Assembly: GCA_022511065.1 (NCBI GenBank)
Contig: JAFLSG010000001.1
Coordinates: forward strand, 63,801-127,800
Source: Prevotella sp.
GTDB taxonomy: Bacteria; Bacteroidota; Bacteroidia; Bacteroidales; Bacteroidaceae
Direction of reading: 5' to 3'
Length of the DNA: 64,000 nucleotides
This document shows positions 10,954-20,802 of this stretch, piece by piece (positions within the stretch are counted from its first letter, which is position 1; each line of letters starts with the position of its first letter). Made by a program: the position numbers and the translations under genes. The notes below the pieces were generated by a model. It was not told the origin of the DNA and did not search any database. It worked only from the letters and a program-made list of their open reading frames with translations.

Positions 10954-11468
10954 TAAGCGTAATTCTTCATATACTGCCGAATAACCTTGCGGGCAGCACC
11001 GAGACGATGCTCCACGCTCTTGTAACCCTCATTGAGCTCGAGAGAAATCTCGCTGACCTTCATGCCACCATAGATGTGCATACGGTAAACCTCGCGGCAG
11101 TTTTCTGGAAGGCGTAAGAGACCACGCTCCATACGCTCTACAATCTCGCGGGCGGAGAAGATGGAGTCGGTGGATGCCATCTCAGGGCAACTGCCTTTGA
11201 TGTAATGTTCAAACTCCTCAAAGGTGGAGCGGCGGCGGTAATAGTCCGTAATCTGATTGCGGACGATGGTATAGACGAGACACGGCAGGGTGACGGGCGT
11301 AATCATCTTGTCTGACGTGAGCAGGCGGAGGAAAGTGTTTTGAACAATGTCTTCCGCCTCCGTAGTATTACCGAGACGGCTACTGGCAAATGCCAGCAGC
11401 TCGTCACGGTGGTTGGTATAGTAAGCCTCGATGAGGCTGAGACTCTTCGTATCCGTGGGTTTACTCAT
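10953..11468 (-). CDS. RNA polymerase ECF sigma factor
   Basis: Region 2 (AEDIVQNTFLRLL) and region 4 (SEISLELNEGYKSVEHRL). The ATG at 11468 overlaps the GH43 stop (ATGAGTAA). An alternative start lies at 11492. Confidence 0.85.
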   Translation of the reverse strand: MSKPTDTKSLSLIEAYYTNHRDELLAFASSRLGNTTEAEDIVQNTFLRLLTSDKMITPVTLPCLVYTIVRNQITDYYRRRSTFEEFEHYIKGSCPEMASTDSIFSAREIVERMERGLLRLPENCREVYRMHIYGGMKVSEISLELNEGYKSVEHRLGAARKVIRQYMKNYA

Positions 11469-12423
11469 TGATGACTTTCTGAATGGTTCCATCTTCGTTG
11501 TAGAACAGGCGCTGCACTTTCAGCGAGCGCAGCCATGTGGTGTCGTTGGACGGAACGCAATCGTGATAGAACAGATACCACTCGCCCTTATACTCCACGA
11601 TGCTGTGGTGCGTTGTCCACCCCACAACAGGATCAAGCAGCACGCCTTGGTAAGTGAAGGGTCCGTAGGGATTATCACCCGTTGCGTAGCAAAGGAAATG
11701 CGTGTCGCCGGTGGAATAAGAGAAATAGTATTTGCCGTCTTTCTTATGCATCCATGAAGCCTCGAAGAAGCGATGCGGATCATCAGCCTTCAGCGGCTCG
11801 CCGTCAGCCCCGAGAATCACCACAGGGCGAGGCATCTCTGCAAACTGAAGCACATCGTCGGTCATGCGTGCCACACGCGAGGGGAGAGGCAATTCTTTGC
11901 CCTCGGGCAGATATTCGGCTTTCAGCGCCTTGTTGTCCTTGTACCACTGAAGCTGCCCGCCCCAGATGCCACCGAAATAGACATAGATTTGACCGTCATC
12001 GTCCTTGAAGGCGCAGGGGTCAATGGAATAAGACTTGCGGATGGGGTCAGCCTGGGGAATAAAAGGACCTTCGGGACTATCTGCCACAGCCACGCCAAGA
12101 TGGAACACACCATTGTAATCCTTGGCAGAGAAGATGAGATAATACTTGCCATCCTTCTCAACGACATCATTGTCCCACATTTGCTTCTCAGCCCAGGGCA
12201 CATCCTCCACATCGAGAATCACACCGTGGTCGGTTACATCGCCATTCTCTACATCCGTGAGCGACAACACGTGATAGTCTTTCATCTGGAAGTGTCCGCC
12301 ATCGTCATCAAAAGCCTCGCCGCTGTCGCGGTCATGGCTCGGATAGATGTAGAGACGGCCGTTGAACACATTAGCAGAAGGGTCTGCCATATAATCACTT
12401 GGGAATAGATAACGTGGTTTCAT
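11461..12423 (-). CDS. glycoside hydrolase family 43 (beta-xylosidase/alpha-L-arabinofuranosidase type)
   Basis: MKPRYLFPSDYMADPSANVFNGRLYIYPSHD... is typical of a GH43 five-bladed propeller. The start is set at ATG 12423. The listed start 12618 would overlap the upstream transporter. Confidence 0.9.
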   Translation of the reverse strand: MKPRYLFPSDYMADPSANVFNGRLYIYPSHDRDSGEAFDDDGGHFQMKDYHVLSLTDVENGDVTDHGVILDVEDVPWAEKQMWDNDVVEKDGKYYLIFSAKDYNGVFHLGVAVADSPEGPFIPQADPIRKSYSIDPCAFKDDDGQIYVYFGGIWGGQLQWYKDNKALKAEYLPEGKELPLPSRVARMTDDVLQFAEMPRPVVILGADGEPLKADDPHRFFEASWMHKKDGKYYFSYSTGDTHFLCYATGDNPYGPFTYQGVLLDPVVGWTTHHSIVEYKGEWYLFYHDCVPSNDTTWLRSLKVQRLFYNEDGTIQKVINE

Positions 12424-12430
12424 ATCTGTT

Positions 12431-13900
12431 TTAGTTTTTATTGATTTCCTGATTAAATTCCTCCTCTTCCTCTGCATACCTGCGGCGCGAAGCAAGTTCA
12501 GCCTGCATCTGCTCGTTGAACTCCTTGGTGATAGGATAGAGACACAGGGCAAGCACGCCGATACCGAATAATACTGCCGACAGCAGGCTCGATACAAGGC
12601 GTATGCCCTCCATCGCACTTTCGTTCTGCACGCTTACGCCACCCGCCACATAGCCGAAGAAGGAGATGATGATGCCCGTGATGGCACCACCCATGCCGAG
12701 TCCAAGTTTCAGGGCAAGCACCACGCCAGAGAAGCAGAATCCTGTGGCACGACGATAGTTCTCGTATTCAATATGGTCTGCCACGTCGGCAATCATCGCC
12801 CACAACAGCGGAATGGTGGGTGCGTATGACAAGGAGCGGAAGAAGTTGAGCACAAAGAGCAGACTCACGTCGGTGGGCGACGGAATGTAGAACAAAGCGG
12901 TGAAGAACGCCGTCAGCGAGAGACAGACGATAAACACCTTTTTCTTACCATACTTGTTCGCGAGGTAGCGCGAGAGGAAGATAACCCCAAAGAACTGAAC
13001 CACGGCTCCCATCGTGTTGAACGCAGAGAATCCCACCGAATAAGCCTCATCGGGGTCGCTCACCATGCTGAACATCTTGAGGAAGTCATACAGCGCTTTC
13101 TGATCCACATTGTACTGGAAATAGAAGTTCATCGCCGACCCCCACATCGAGAGCGTTACGAACAGCACGAAGGTAAGCAATGCCATTGCGTTCCACGACA
13201 TATTGGATACCGTTCCCTTGATGTCCTCCATGATGTTTATCTCCTGGCGGGGTGGCGGCTGTATGCGCTCGCGCGTCACGAGGAAGGTGATGATGAAGAA
13301 CACGAAAGCCACCACTGCGAACAGCCCGATGGTGCATACCCATCCGTGCTGAGGCGTGCTGCCCTTGCCAAAGTGATCAACCAGCGGAAGCGTCATGCCC
13401 TGCACGACGAACTGGGCAATGGTCACAGCGATGAATCGGATGGTCGTGATGCTCGTGCGCTCCTTGATGCCGCTCGTCATCACGCCGCCGAGCGAGGTGT
13501 AGGGTATGTTGTTGAAAGAATATGCCGTCATCAGCAATATATAAGAAATGGTGGCGTAGGTTGCCACGGTAGCCTTGTCCTGTATGCCGGGATTATAGAA
13601 TGCGAGCACATAGAACAGGCAGAAAGGCACAGCCGTCCATATCATCCAAGGGCGGAACTTGCCCCAACGGGTGTTCGTGCGATCGGCAAGGATGCCCACC
13701 GTGGGATCCACCACGATGGCGGCAAGACTGGCAACCATCAGGATGCTTCCGGCTACGGCACCGTCAAGTCCGAACACATCCGTGTAGAACTTCAACTGGA
13801 AAATCATCATCATCTGGAATACCAGATTCGCGGCGGCGTCTCCCAAGGAGTAGCCTACCTTCTCACCTAATGAGACATGCTGTGACGTGACTTCTTTCAT
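12431..13900 (-). CDS. glycoside-pentoside-hexuronide (GPH):cation symporter, MFS
   Basis: 12-TM MelB/XynP-like sequence (GYSLGDAAANLVFQ...). Confidence 0.85.
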   Translation of the reverse strand: MKEVTSQHVSLGEKVGYSLGDAAANLVFQMMMIFQLKFYTDVFGLDGAVAGSILMVASLAAIVVDPTVGILADRTNTRWGKFRPWMIWTAVPFCLFYVLAFYNPGIQDKATVATYATISYILLMTAYSFNNIPYTSLGGVMTSGIKERTSITTIRFIAVTIAQFVVQGMTLPLVDHFGKGSTPQHGWVCTIGLFAVVAFVFFIITFLVTRERIQPPPRQEINIMEDIKGTVSNMSWNAMALLTFVLFVTLSMWGSAMNFYFQYNVDQKALYDFLKMFSMVSDPDEAYSVGFSAFNTMGAVVQFFGVIFLSRYLANKYGKKKVFIVCLSLTAFFTALFYIPSPTDVSLLFVLNFFRSLSYAPTIPLLWAMIADVADHIEYENYRRATGFCFSGVVLALKLGLGMGGAITGIIISFFGYVAGGVSVQNESAMEGIRLVSSLLSAVLFGIGVLALCLYPITKEFNEQMQAELASRRRYAEEEEEFNQEINKN

Positions 13901-13920
13901 CTTGATAAAGTTTTTCGCTA

Positions 13921-13928
13921 CAAAGGTA
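13921..13928 (-). promoter_or_regulatory. -7 box (TACCTTTG) for the symporter-GH43-sigma operon
   Basis: The reverse complement of caaaggta matches TAnnTTTG, 21 nt upstream of the ATG at 13900. Confidence 0.5.
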
Positions 13929-14034
13929 TTAAAAACGCGCTAAACGAGCATTGTAAAATGTTACAGATATTTTTTCAAATGTTTCATTTCCCCACAAAAA
14001 AGCATGAAGTGGCGGAGATACCGAATTATTTTTA

Positions 14035-14042
14035 TATATTTG
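14035..14042 (+). promoter_or_regulatory. -7 box (TATATTTG) for the esterase-symporter-GH51 operon
   Basis: TAnnTTTG 57 nt upstream of the ATG at 14099, divergent from the promoter at 13921. Confidence 0.45.
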
Positions 14043-14098
14043 CAAAGTTTTTGATACGCTGACTTATTTTTATTCAGACCTAAAAGAAAAATACAGGA

Positions 14099-16039
14099 AT
14101 GAGAAGACCACTGCTGACCTTGGCACTCACCCTTTCCATCGTCTGCCGTGCAGCCGTCACGCTGCCGCAGCTGTTCCAGTCGGGAATGGTGATGCAGCGA
14201 GGCAAACCCATCCCCGTCTGGGGCAAGGCAGATGCCGGTGAGAACGTAACCGTGAGTTTCAACGGAAAGACCTACCGCACCATCGCCGACGCGAATGGCT
14301 GCTGGCGCATAGACCTGCCGAAGATGAAGGCGGGAGGACCCTATGCGCTGAAAGTGAACGAGGTGGAATTGAAGGATGTGCTGATTGGCGACGTATGGCT
14401 CTGCTCGGGGCAGTCGAACATTGATGTGACGATAGAGCGTGTCTATCCGCAGTATGTAAGGGAGATAGATGCGTATGAGAATCCCGCCATCCGTATGTTC
14501 CGCGTGCAGAACGAGGCGAACACGCATGGCGTGAAGGATGATATATTGCCGACACCCATCAACTGGAAGTCCGTCACGAAGCAGAATGCTTGGTCTTTTT
14601 CTGCCGTCGGCTATTTTCTCGGTCGCCGTATGTTTGAAAAGACGGGTGTGCCGCAAGGTATCATCGTGAACAGCTGGGGAGGCACGCCCATCGAGGCTTG
14701 GATTTCCGCCGACTCGCTTCAGGCAGACTATCCCTTGCTTGTAGAGAAGACCCGCATCTATCAGAATGATGAGATGGTGAAGGCGCAGCAGCGGGCAAAC
14801 CAACTTGCCGACATTCAATGGCGCAACGTGCTTGATGCAAGTGACCCCGGCATCCGTGAGGATTGGACATCGGCAGATTACGATGACTCCGCATGGCAGA
14901 CGGTCAATCAATACGACACGGAGTGGGCAAAGAAAGACGGACGTGGTGTCATCGGAAGCATCTGGCTGAGGCAGCACGTTCAGATAGACAAAGAGCACGC
15001 TGGCAAGCCCGCCCGATTGCTGCTTGGCACGCTGTTCGACAGCGACTTCACGTATGTGAACGGCAAGGAGGTGGGGCGCACTTACTATCAGTATCCTCCC
15101 CGCCGCTACGATATTCCCGAAGGTCTGCTCAAAGAGGGTGACAACGTGATTACCATACGCTTCGTAAACAAGTATGGCATGGTGCATTTCATCAAGGAAA
15201 AGCCTTATATGTTAGTGTTCGGAGATGACCGTTTCAACCAAAACCCTCTTCCTGCTGATAAGATGCCACTTTATGAAAATTGGAAGCATCATTATGGCGC
15301 TAACATGCCATCTTGTCCAAGCGCGGATGTATCCTTGCAAAATCTGCCCACGACGCTCTACAATGCCGTGCTTTATCCCCTTGCCCCCTATGCCCTGTCG
15401 GGCGTTGTATGGTATCAGGGTGAATCGAACACGGGTAACCCCGCCCCATACGCTGATCTGCTGAAGAAGATGATGGGCAACTGGCGCGATCGCTGGGGGG
15501 ATGCTCAGATGCCATTCGTCATCGTGCAGTTGGCAAACTTCATGGAACCGAGTGAACAACCGCAGAATAGTGGTTGGGCAAGGCTCAGAGAGGCACAGCG
15601 CACAGTGGCAAAGGCAGATGAAAGGGCAGAACTTGCCGTTATCAACGACTTGGGCGAGACGGTGGATATCCATCCGCTTCGCAAGCGGGAAGTGGCTGAG
15701 CGTATCGGTCTGTGCTTCGATCGCCTGCTATATAATAATAAGGTGATGCTTTCGCCGGAGGTTGTATCGGGGGCCGTTGCCGATGGAAAGGTCGTGCTGA
15801 CGCTCGATCAACCCGTTCAGCCGGGTGCGATATATGAGTTTGAGATTGCAGGCGGCGATGGGCTTTTCCGCTCCGTGGAGGCTATTGCAGAAGGCAGTCG
15901 CATCACGCTGACACCCCAGTCCCTTACCAGTGCGCCCCTCACCGTGCGCTATGCCTGGAAGGATAACCCCATCAAGGCAAATGTCCGCTCGCTCAGCGGA
16001 TTGCCCATGTCATCATTTGAACTAATAATCAATCAATAA
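14099..16039 (+). CDS. sialate O-acetylesterase-like (SASA/SGNH) carbohydrate esterase
   Basis: Signal peptide. GDVWLCSGQSN and VVWYQGESN motifs. Confidence 0.85.
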   Translation: MRRPLLTLALTLSIVCRAAVTLPQLFQSGMVMQRGKPIPVWGKADAGENVTVSFNGKTYRTIADANGCWRIDLPKMKAGGPYALKVNEVELKDVLIGDVWLCSGQSNIDVTIERVYPQYVREIDAYENPAIRMFRVQNEANTHGVKDDILPTPINWKSVTKQNAWSFSAVGYFLGRRMFEKTGVPQGIIVNSWGGTPIEAWISADSLQADYPLLVEKTRIYQNDEMVKAQQRANQLADIQWRNVLDASDPGIREDWTSADYDDSAWQTVNQYDTEWAKKDGRGVIGSIWLRQHVQIDKEHAGKPARLLLGTLFDSDFTYVNGKEVGRTYYQYPPRRYDIPEGLLKEGDNVITIRFVNKYGMVHFIKEKPYMLVFGDDRFNQNPLPADKMPLYENWKHHYGANMPSCPSADVSLQNLPTTLYNAVLYPLAPYALSGVVWYQGESNTGNPAPYADLLKKMMGNWRDRWGDAQMPFVIVQLANFMEPSEQPQNSGWARLREAQRTVAKADERAELAVINDLGETVDIHPLRKREVAERIGLCFDRLLYNNKVMLSPEVVSGAVADGKVVLTLDQPVQPGAIYEFEIAGGDGLFRSVEAIAEGSRITLTPQSLTSAPLTVRYAWKDNPIKANVRSLSGLPMSSFELIINQ

Positions 16040-16044
16040 TCATT

Positions 16045-17451
16045 ATGACAACAGACACGACAAAAGGCTTTTATAAGCTTTCATGGCTCCAGCGCATCGG
16101 CTTTGGCTCGGGCGACCTGGCGCAGAATCTGATTTATCAGACCATCAGCATGTATTTGCTGTTCTTTTACACAAATGTTTATGGACTCGATCCTGCCGAT
16201 GCGGCGACTATGTTCTTGGTCGTGCGGCTTGTTGATGTCCTTTGGGATCCGCTTGTGGGCACCTATGTGGATAAGCACAACCCGAAACTTGGTAAGTATC
16301 GTGCTTATCTCGTGCTTGGTGGTATCCCGCTGACGGGTTTTGCCGTCCTTTGCTTCTGGAACGGTTTTGCGCCCTCGTTGGTTTATGCTTATGTCACATA
16401 CGTGGGCATGTCGATGCTTTACACGCTCATCAATGTGCCTTACGGCGCACTGAACTCATCGCTGACGCGCGACACTGATGAAATCACCACCCTCACCTCC
16501 GTGCGTATGTTCCTTGCCAATGTCGGCGGGTTATGCGTGGCTTCGGGTATTCCCCTCGTGGTGGCACTCTTTGCGCCGAAAGATGCGGCGGGCGAGGCGA
16601 TTATCAGCACACCAGAGGCAAGCAGTGCATGGTTCACCACGATGGCTATCTATTGCGTCGTCGGGCTGCTGCTGCTATTCTTCTGCTTCTCGCAGACAAA
16701 GGAGCGCGTAGTGATGGACAACAAGGATATGGCTGACGTGAAAGTGTCTGACCTTTGGACGGAGTTTGTTCGCAATCGCCCCTTGCGCGTGGTGGCTTTC
16801 TTCTTTATCACCGCTTTCGCCATGATGTCAGTCGGCAATGCTGCCGGTAGTTATTACATGACCTGCAACCTGCAGGCCACGAGCGATCAACTCGCCATCT
16901 TCATGGGTCTCGGTTCCGTGCCGGCATTCATCTTTATGCCCCTTGTGCCTGCCATTAAGAAGAAGGTGGGTAAGCGTGGCATGTTCAACATCTTCCTGAC
17001 CGTTGCCATCGTGGGTATGGCTATTCTCTACGTGGTGAGTGTCGTGCCGTCGCTCAAGTCGCAGATGTGGATTGTCTATGTCGCCCAGTTCATCAAGTCC
17101 ACGGGTGTCATCGTGGCAACGGGCTATATGTGGGCACTCATCCCTGAGGTCATCTCATACGGTGAATACACTACGGGCAGACGCATTTCCGGTATCGTGA
17201 ACGCCTTGACGGGCATCTTCTTCAAGGCAGGTATGGCACTCGGTGGTGTTGTTCCTGGCGCAGTGCTGGCATACGTGGGCTTCAATGCAGCCGCCACGCA
17301 GCAGACAACCTTCGCCGAACAAGGCATCTTGTGGCTTGTCTGCGTCATCCCCGCCCTGCTGTTGGGACTCGCTATGTTCATCATCTCGAAGTATGAACTG
17401 ACCGATGAGGTGATAGATGATATCAACAAGAAAATCGAGCAGCGCGGATAA
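16045..17451 (+). CDS. GPH family sugar:cation symporter, MFS
   Basis: 12-TM. GFGSGDLAQNLIYQ. Paralogous in type to 12431..13900. Confidence 0.85.
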   Translation: MTTDTTKGFYKLSWLQRIGFGSGDLAQNLIYQTISMYLLFFYTNVYGLDPADAATMFLVVRLVDVLWDPLVGTYVDKHNPKLGKYRAYLVLGGIPLTGFAVLCFWNGFAPSLVYAYVTYVGMSMLYTLINVPYGALNSSLTRDTDEITTLTSVRMFLANVGGLCVASGIPLVVALFAPKDAAGEAIISTPEASSAWFTTMAIYCVVGLLLLFFCFSQTKERVVMDNKDMADVKVSDLWTEFVRNRPLRVVAFFFITAFAMMSVGNAAGSYYMTCNLQATSDQLAIFMGLGSVPAFIFMPLVPAIKKKVGKRGMFNIFLTVAIVGMAILYVVSVVPSLKSQMWIVYVAQFIKSTGVIVATGYMWALIPEVISYGEYTTGRRISGIVNALTGIFFKAGMALGGVVPGAVLAYVGFNAAATQQTTFAEQGILWLVCVIPALLLGLAMFIISKYELTDEVIDDINKKIEQRG

Positions 17452-17484
17452 AACCGCCTGCTCACCAACCAAAACAATGATGAC

Positions 17485-19980
17485 ATGAGAAAGATTAGGA
17501 AAACCTTGGCGCTTGCCGTGGCTATGTTTGCCGTGGCAGGTGCCTATGCGCAGACGGGCAATGCCCGGGTGTTTATCTATTCCCCTAATGAGCGGGAAGG
17601 ATTGCATATTGCTCAGGAGACAGGTGGGGGCTGGCAGGAAATCGGTCAGCTCTGCGCAAGTGACTATGGCACGTGGGGTGCTGAAAAGAAGATGTACCAC
17701 CCCTCACTTGCCCGTGCAAAGGATGGTACGTGGCGATTAGTCTTCCAAATAAACAACGTGACGCCTGCTTTTGCGGCTGCCTATAGTCGTGACTTGGTGA
17801 CTTGGCGTCCGCAAGACTATCCCTTTGTATCGGCGAGTCCTTGTCAGAAGCCTGTGATTGTCGCCAATGAAGATGGTACGTTTGATATTCATTACAAGAC
17901 CTCCAATGGTAAGCGTGTGGTGTCTGCTTCCAATGATTTCCGCAAATTTGGTCGCGATAGTGAGAGCCGTTTGGATGAGAGTGCATGGGCTCGCGATACT
18001 GCTACCGTTGGTGGGAAGTTGCAAGAGGGTTGTCTTTTTGAGGTGACTCCAGAGGAATTGACTACCGTCACCTCCCATTTCACCAGAATGAAGGAAGACG
18101 CTCGTTTGAGTGCCGAGCGGATGCACGATGATGCTTCAAATCCTATCCTTCCCACCGCTCCGCTCACCGCCACGCTTACTATCACGGGCGAGGAAAAAGC
18201 AATCAGCGACAAGTTGATTGGTATTTTCTTCGAGGATATCAGTTACGCGGCTGACGGAGGGCTTTACGCAGAGTTGATTCAAAACCGCGACTTTGAATAT
18301 ACCGCCGCAGACCGCAAGGAATGGAATGCCACCACCGCCTGGCATTCGCCAAGTCCGATAAAGATTGCCACCGATAATCCGCTGAGTGTGAATAATCCGC
18401 ACTATGCACTGCTTACCGATACACCCATCACCAATGAGGGATGGGATGGCATTGCCGTCACGAAGGGAAAGAAATATGATTTTTCTATGTTTGTGCGCGG
18501 TTTGAAGAACTTTACTGTCCGCCTTGTAGGGCAGAGCGGTAACGTGATTGCCGAGACTTCCGTAAAGGCAAAGGGTAATGAGTGGAAACAATATACCGCC
18601 GTGCTTGAAGCAAAACAGACGGACGACAAGGCTCAGCTGACGGTTATCCCGCAGAAAGGCGGAGAAGTGGCTGTGGATATGATCTCCCTTTTCCCACAGG
18701 AAACGTTTATGAACCGCAAGAATGGACTTCGCAAGGACTTGGCACAAGTGATTGCTGACCTGCATCCCAAGTTCGTGCGTTTCCCAGGAGGCTGTATGAG
18801 CCACGGAAATGGTTTGGAAAACATCTACCATTGGCATCATACCGTGGGCGCATTGCAGGATCGCAAGCCTGACTTTAACATCTGGCACTATCACCAGACG
18901 CGTGGTTTGGGTTTCTTTGAATATTTCCAGTTCTGCGAGGATATTGGTGCAGAACCGCTGCCCGTATTGGCGGCAGGTGTGCCTTGCCAGAATTCCGCCA
19001 ATAATGCTGATGGCATCGGCGGGCAACAAGGTGGCATACCGATGGAAGAAATGCCTGCCTACATACAAGAATTGCTCAACCTGATAGAGTGGGCTAACGG
19101 AGACCCTGCCACATCGGAATGGGCAAAGATGCGCGCAGATGCAGGTCATCCCGCCCCATTCAACCTCAAGTATATTGGTATCGGCAACGAGGATATCATC
19201 GGAACGGTCTTTGAGGAGCGTTACGAAATGATATGCCGTGCCATCAGGGAGAAATATCCAGAAATCAAGATATGTGGCACGGTAGGTCCCTTCCATACCC
19301 CCTCTGCCGATTATCTTGAGGGTTGGGACTTCATCAAGAAGCACCCGGAACTGCAGGATATGACCGACGAGCACTATTATGAGTCCACGGGTTGGTTCAT
19401 GCACCACCGCGACTACTATGACAACTATGATCGTTCACTGCCAAAGGTGTATCTCGGAGAGTATGCAGCCTCCACAAAAGTGAAGCGCCCAAATGTGGAG
19501 ACGGCACTGGCTGAGGCTATCTATCTGACGGACATTGAGCGCAACGGCGATGTGGTGGAGATGACCAGTTATGCACCGATGCTTGCCAAGGACGGCCATC
19601 ACAACTGGGATCCCGACATGATTTATTTCTCCAATACGGAGGTAAGACCCACGCCTGCTTATGAAACGCAGCGATTGTTCTCCGTATATGGCGGCGACCG
19701 CTACGTTTCCTCACACATAGACATCGCTCCAGAATTGCGTCATCGTGTGGCATCGAGCCTTGTATATGACTCTAAGACGGGCAAGAGATACCTGAAACTC
19801 GTGAATGCCCTGCCTGTTGAACTGACGCTCAATGTGCATGGCATTGCTATCCCAGAGGGTGCTAACACGGAAGGTTTCAGTGGCAAACCCGAAGATCAGC
19901 AGGTGGAAATGAAGCATGGCAAGGCAGAAGGTAGCAAGGTTACGCTCGCCCCGTATGCCTTCCAGGTCATCACGCTCTGA
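17485..19980 (+). CDS. alpha-L-arabinofuranosidase, GH51 with N-terminal accessory domains
   Basis: Signal peptide. RFPGGCMSHGN, IGIGNEDI and LGEYA catalytic-region motifs. Confidence 0.85.
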   Translation: MRKIRKTLALAVAMFAVAGAYAQTGNARVFIYSPNEREGLHIAQETGGGWQEIGQLCASDYGTWGAEKKMYHPSLARAKDGTWRLVFQINNVTPAFAAAYSRDLVTWRPQDYPFVSASPCQKPVIVANEDGTFDIHYKTSNGKRVVSASNDFRKFGRDSESRLDESAWARDTATVGGKLQEGCLFEVTPEELTTVTSHFTRMKEDARLSAERMHDDASNPILPTAPLTATLTITGEEKAISDKLIGIFFEDISYAADGGLYAELIQNRDFEYTAADRKEWNATTAWHSPSPIKIATDNPLSVNNPHYALLTDTPITNEGWDGIAVTKGKKYDFSMFVRGLKNFTVRLVGQSGNVIAETSVKAKGNEWKQYTAVLEAKQTDDKAQLTVIPQKGGEVAVDMISLFPQETFMNRKNGLRKDLAQVIADLHPKFVRFPGGCMSHGNGLENIYHWHHTVGALQDRKPDFNIWHYHQTRGLGFFEYFQFCEDIGAEPLPVLAAGVPCQNSANNADGIGGQQGGIPMEEMPAYIQELLNLIEWANGDPATSEWAKMRADAGHPAPFNLKYIGIGNEDIIGTVFEERYEMICRAIREKYPEIKICGTVGPFHTPSADYLEGWDFIKKHPELQDMTDEHYYESTGWFMHHRDYYDNYDRSLPKVYLGEYAASTKVKRPNVETALAEAIYLTDIERNGDVVEMTSYAPMLAKDGHHNWDPDMIYFSNTEVRPTPAYETQRLFSVYGGDRYVSSHIDIAPELRHRVASSLVYDSKTGKRYLKLVNALPVELTLNVHGIAIPEGANTEGFSGKPEDQQVEMKHGKAEGSKVTLAPYAFQVITL

Positions 19981-20013
19981 TGCTTTCAGATACTCTCTGA
20001 TACTCTTATGCAT

Positions 20014-20056
20014 ACCCTATGCACGCGTATATATGTGTGCATAGGGTCATTTTTTT
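20014..20056 (+). terminator. rho-independent terminator after GH51
   Basis: accctatgcac (20014-20024) pairs with gtgcatagggt (20037-20047), followed by a T7 run. Confidence 0.65.
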
Positions 20057-20118
20057 GTACTGCGAGTGTCACAAATCCCCTTTTTCTCCGTATATAAGAT
20101 AAAGACGAAGAAAATAGA

Positions 20119-20799
20119 ATGACAGCAGAGGAATACATACGGCAGGCGACAGCAATCCGGCAGCGGGTGCTCGACACGACTCGGAAGTGTCTCGGCGACA
20201 CGGATGAGGCGGAAGACATCGCACAGGATGTGATGCTGAAGCTATGGCTGATGCGCGATGAACTGCGGCAACCCGTAGATGGTATCGCCGCCGTGATAAC
20301 ACGCAACCTCTGCATTGACCGACTTCGTAAGCAGCAGCCGACAACGGACATCACGCAGTTGGCGGAGGCGGAAGACCCAGGTGATGACGGAGAGCAGATA
20401 GAGCGCATGATGCAAGTCATTGATACGCTGCCATCCACACAGCGCACTATTCTCCGCATGCGCCATTTGGAAGGCATGGAGATGCGGGAAATTGCCTTGG
20501 TACTTGGTTCTACGGAAGTGGCTGTACGGAAGACGCTCAGCAGGGCGCGCATGGCAGTGCGCAGGAAACTGCTCGCCCTGTTGGCAGCCGCCTGTGTGGT
20601 AGGTGCAGTCATTATGGTAGGATTACGATGGGCAGTCGGCAGTGATACAGAAGACGAGTGCGTGGCGTACGTGTATGGCAGGAAATGCACGGATGAGGCT
20701 ATCGTGATGCAGGAGATGAGGCGCACGATGGGCGAAGTGGTTGAGGACAGTCCAGAAGCCACGGTGGAAAGTCAGTTAAATGAATTATTTGGAGATTGA
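20119..20799 (+). CDS. ECF sigma factor with C-terminal transmembrane helix and about 48-aa extracytoplasmic tail
   Basis: Region 2 (AEDIAQDVMLKLW), region 4 (REIALVLGSTEVAVRKTLSRAR), then LLALLAAACVVGAVIMVGL. Confidence 0.8.
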   Translation: MTAEEYIRQATAIRQRVLDTTRKCLGDTDEAEDIAQDVMLKLWLMRDELRQPVDGIAAVITRNLCIDRLRKQQPTTDITQLAEAEDPGDDGEQIERMMQVIDTLPSTQRTILRMRHLEGMEMREIALVLGSTEVAVRKTLSRARMAVRRKLLALLAAACVVGAVIMVGLRWAVGSDTEDECVAYVYGRKCTDEAIVMQEMRRTMGEVVEDSPEATVESQLNELFGD

Positions 20800-20802
20800 G
20801 AT

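Noticed and set aside
12424-12618. N-terminal 65 codons of the listed GH43 ORF (start 12618)
   Set aside because: This part overlaps the 3' end of the upstream symporter and has a nonsense-like sequence. The GH43 homology begins at MKPRYLFP (ATG at 12423), 8 nt after the symporter stop.
13961-15187. 408-aa ORF on the minus strand
   Set aside because: It is entirely antisense to the well-supported esterase gene and has an Arg/His/Leu-rich composition typical of shadow ORFs in GC-rich coding DNA. The same reasoning applies to 18136..19407, 25367..26587, 31293..32039, 32964..33650, 51062..52186, 19986..20762 and most other listed antisense ORFs.
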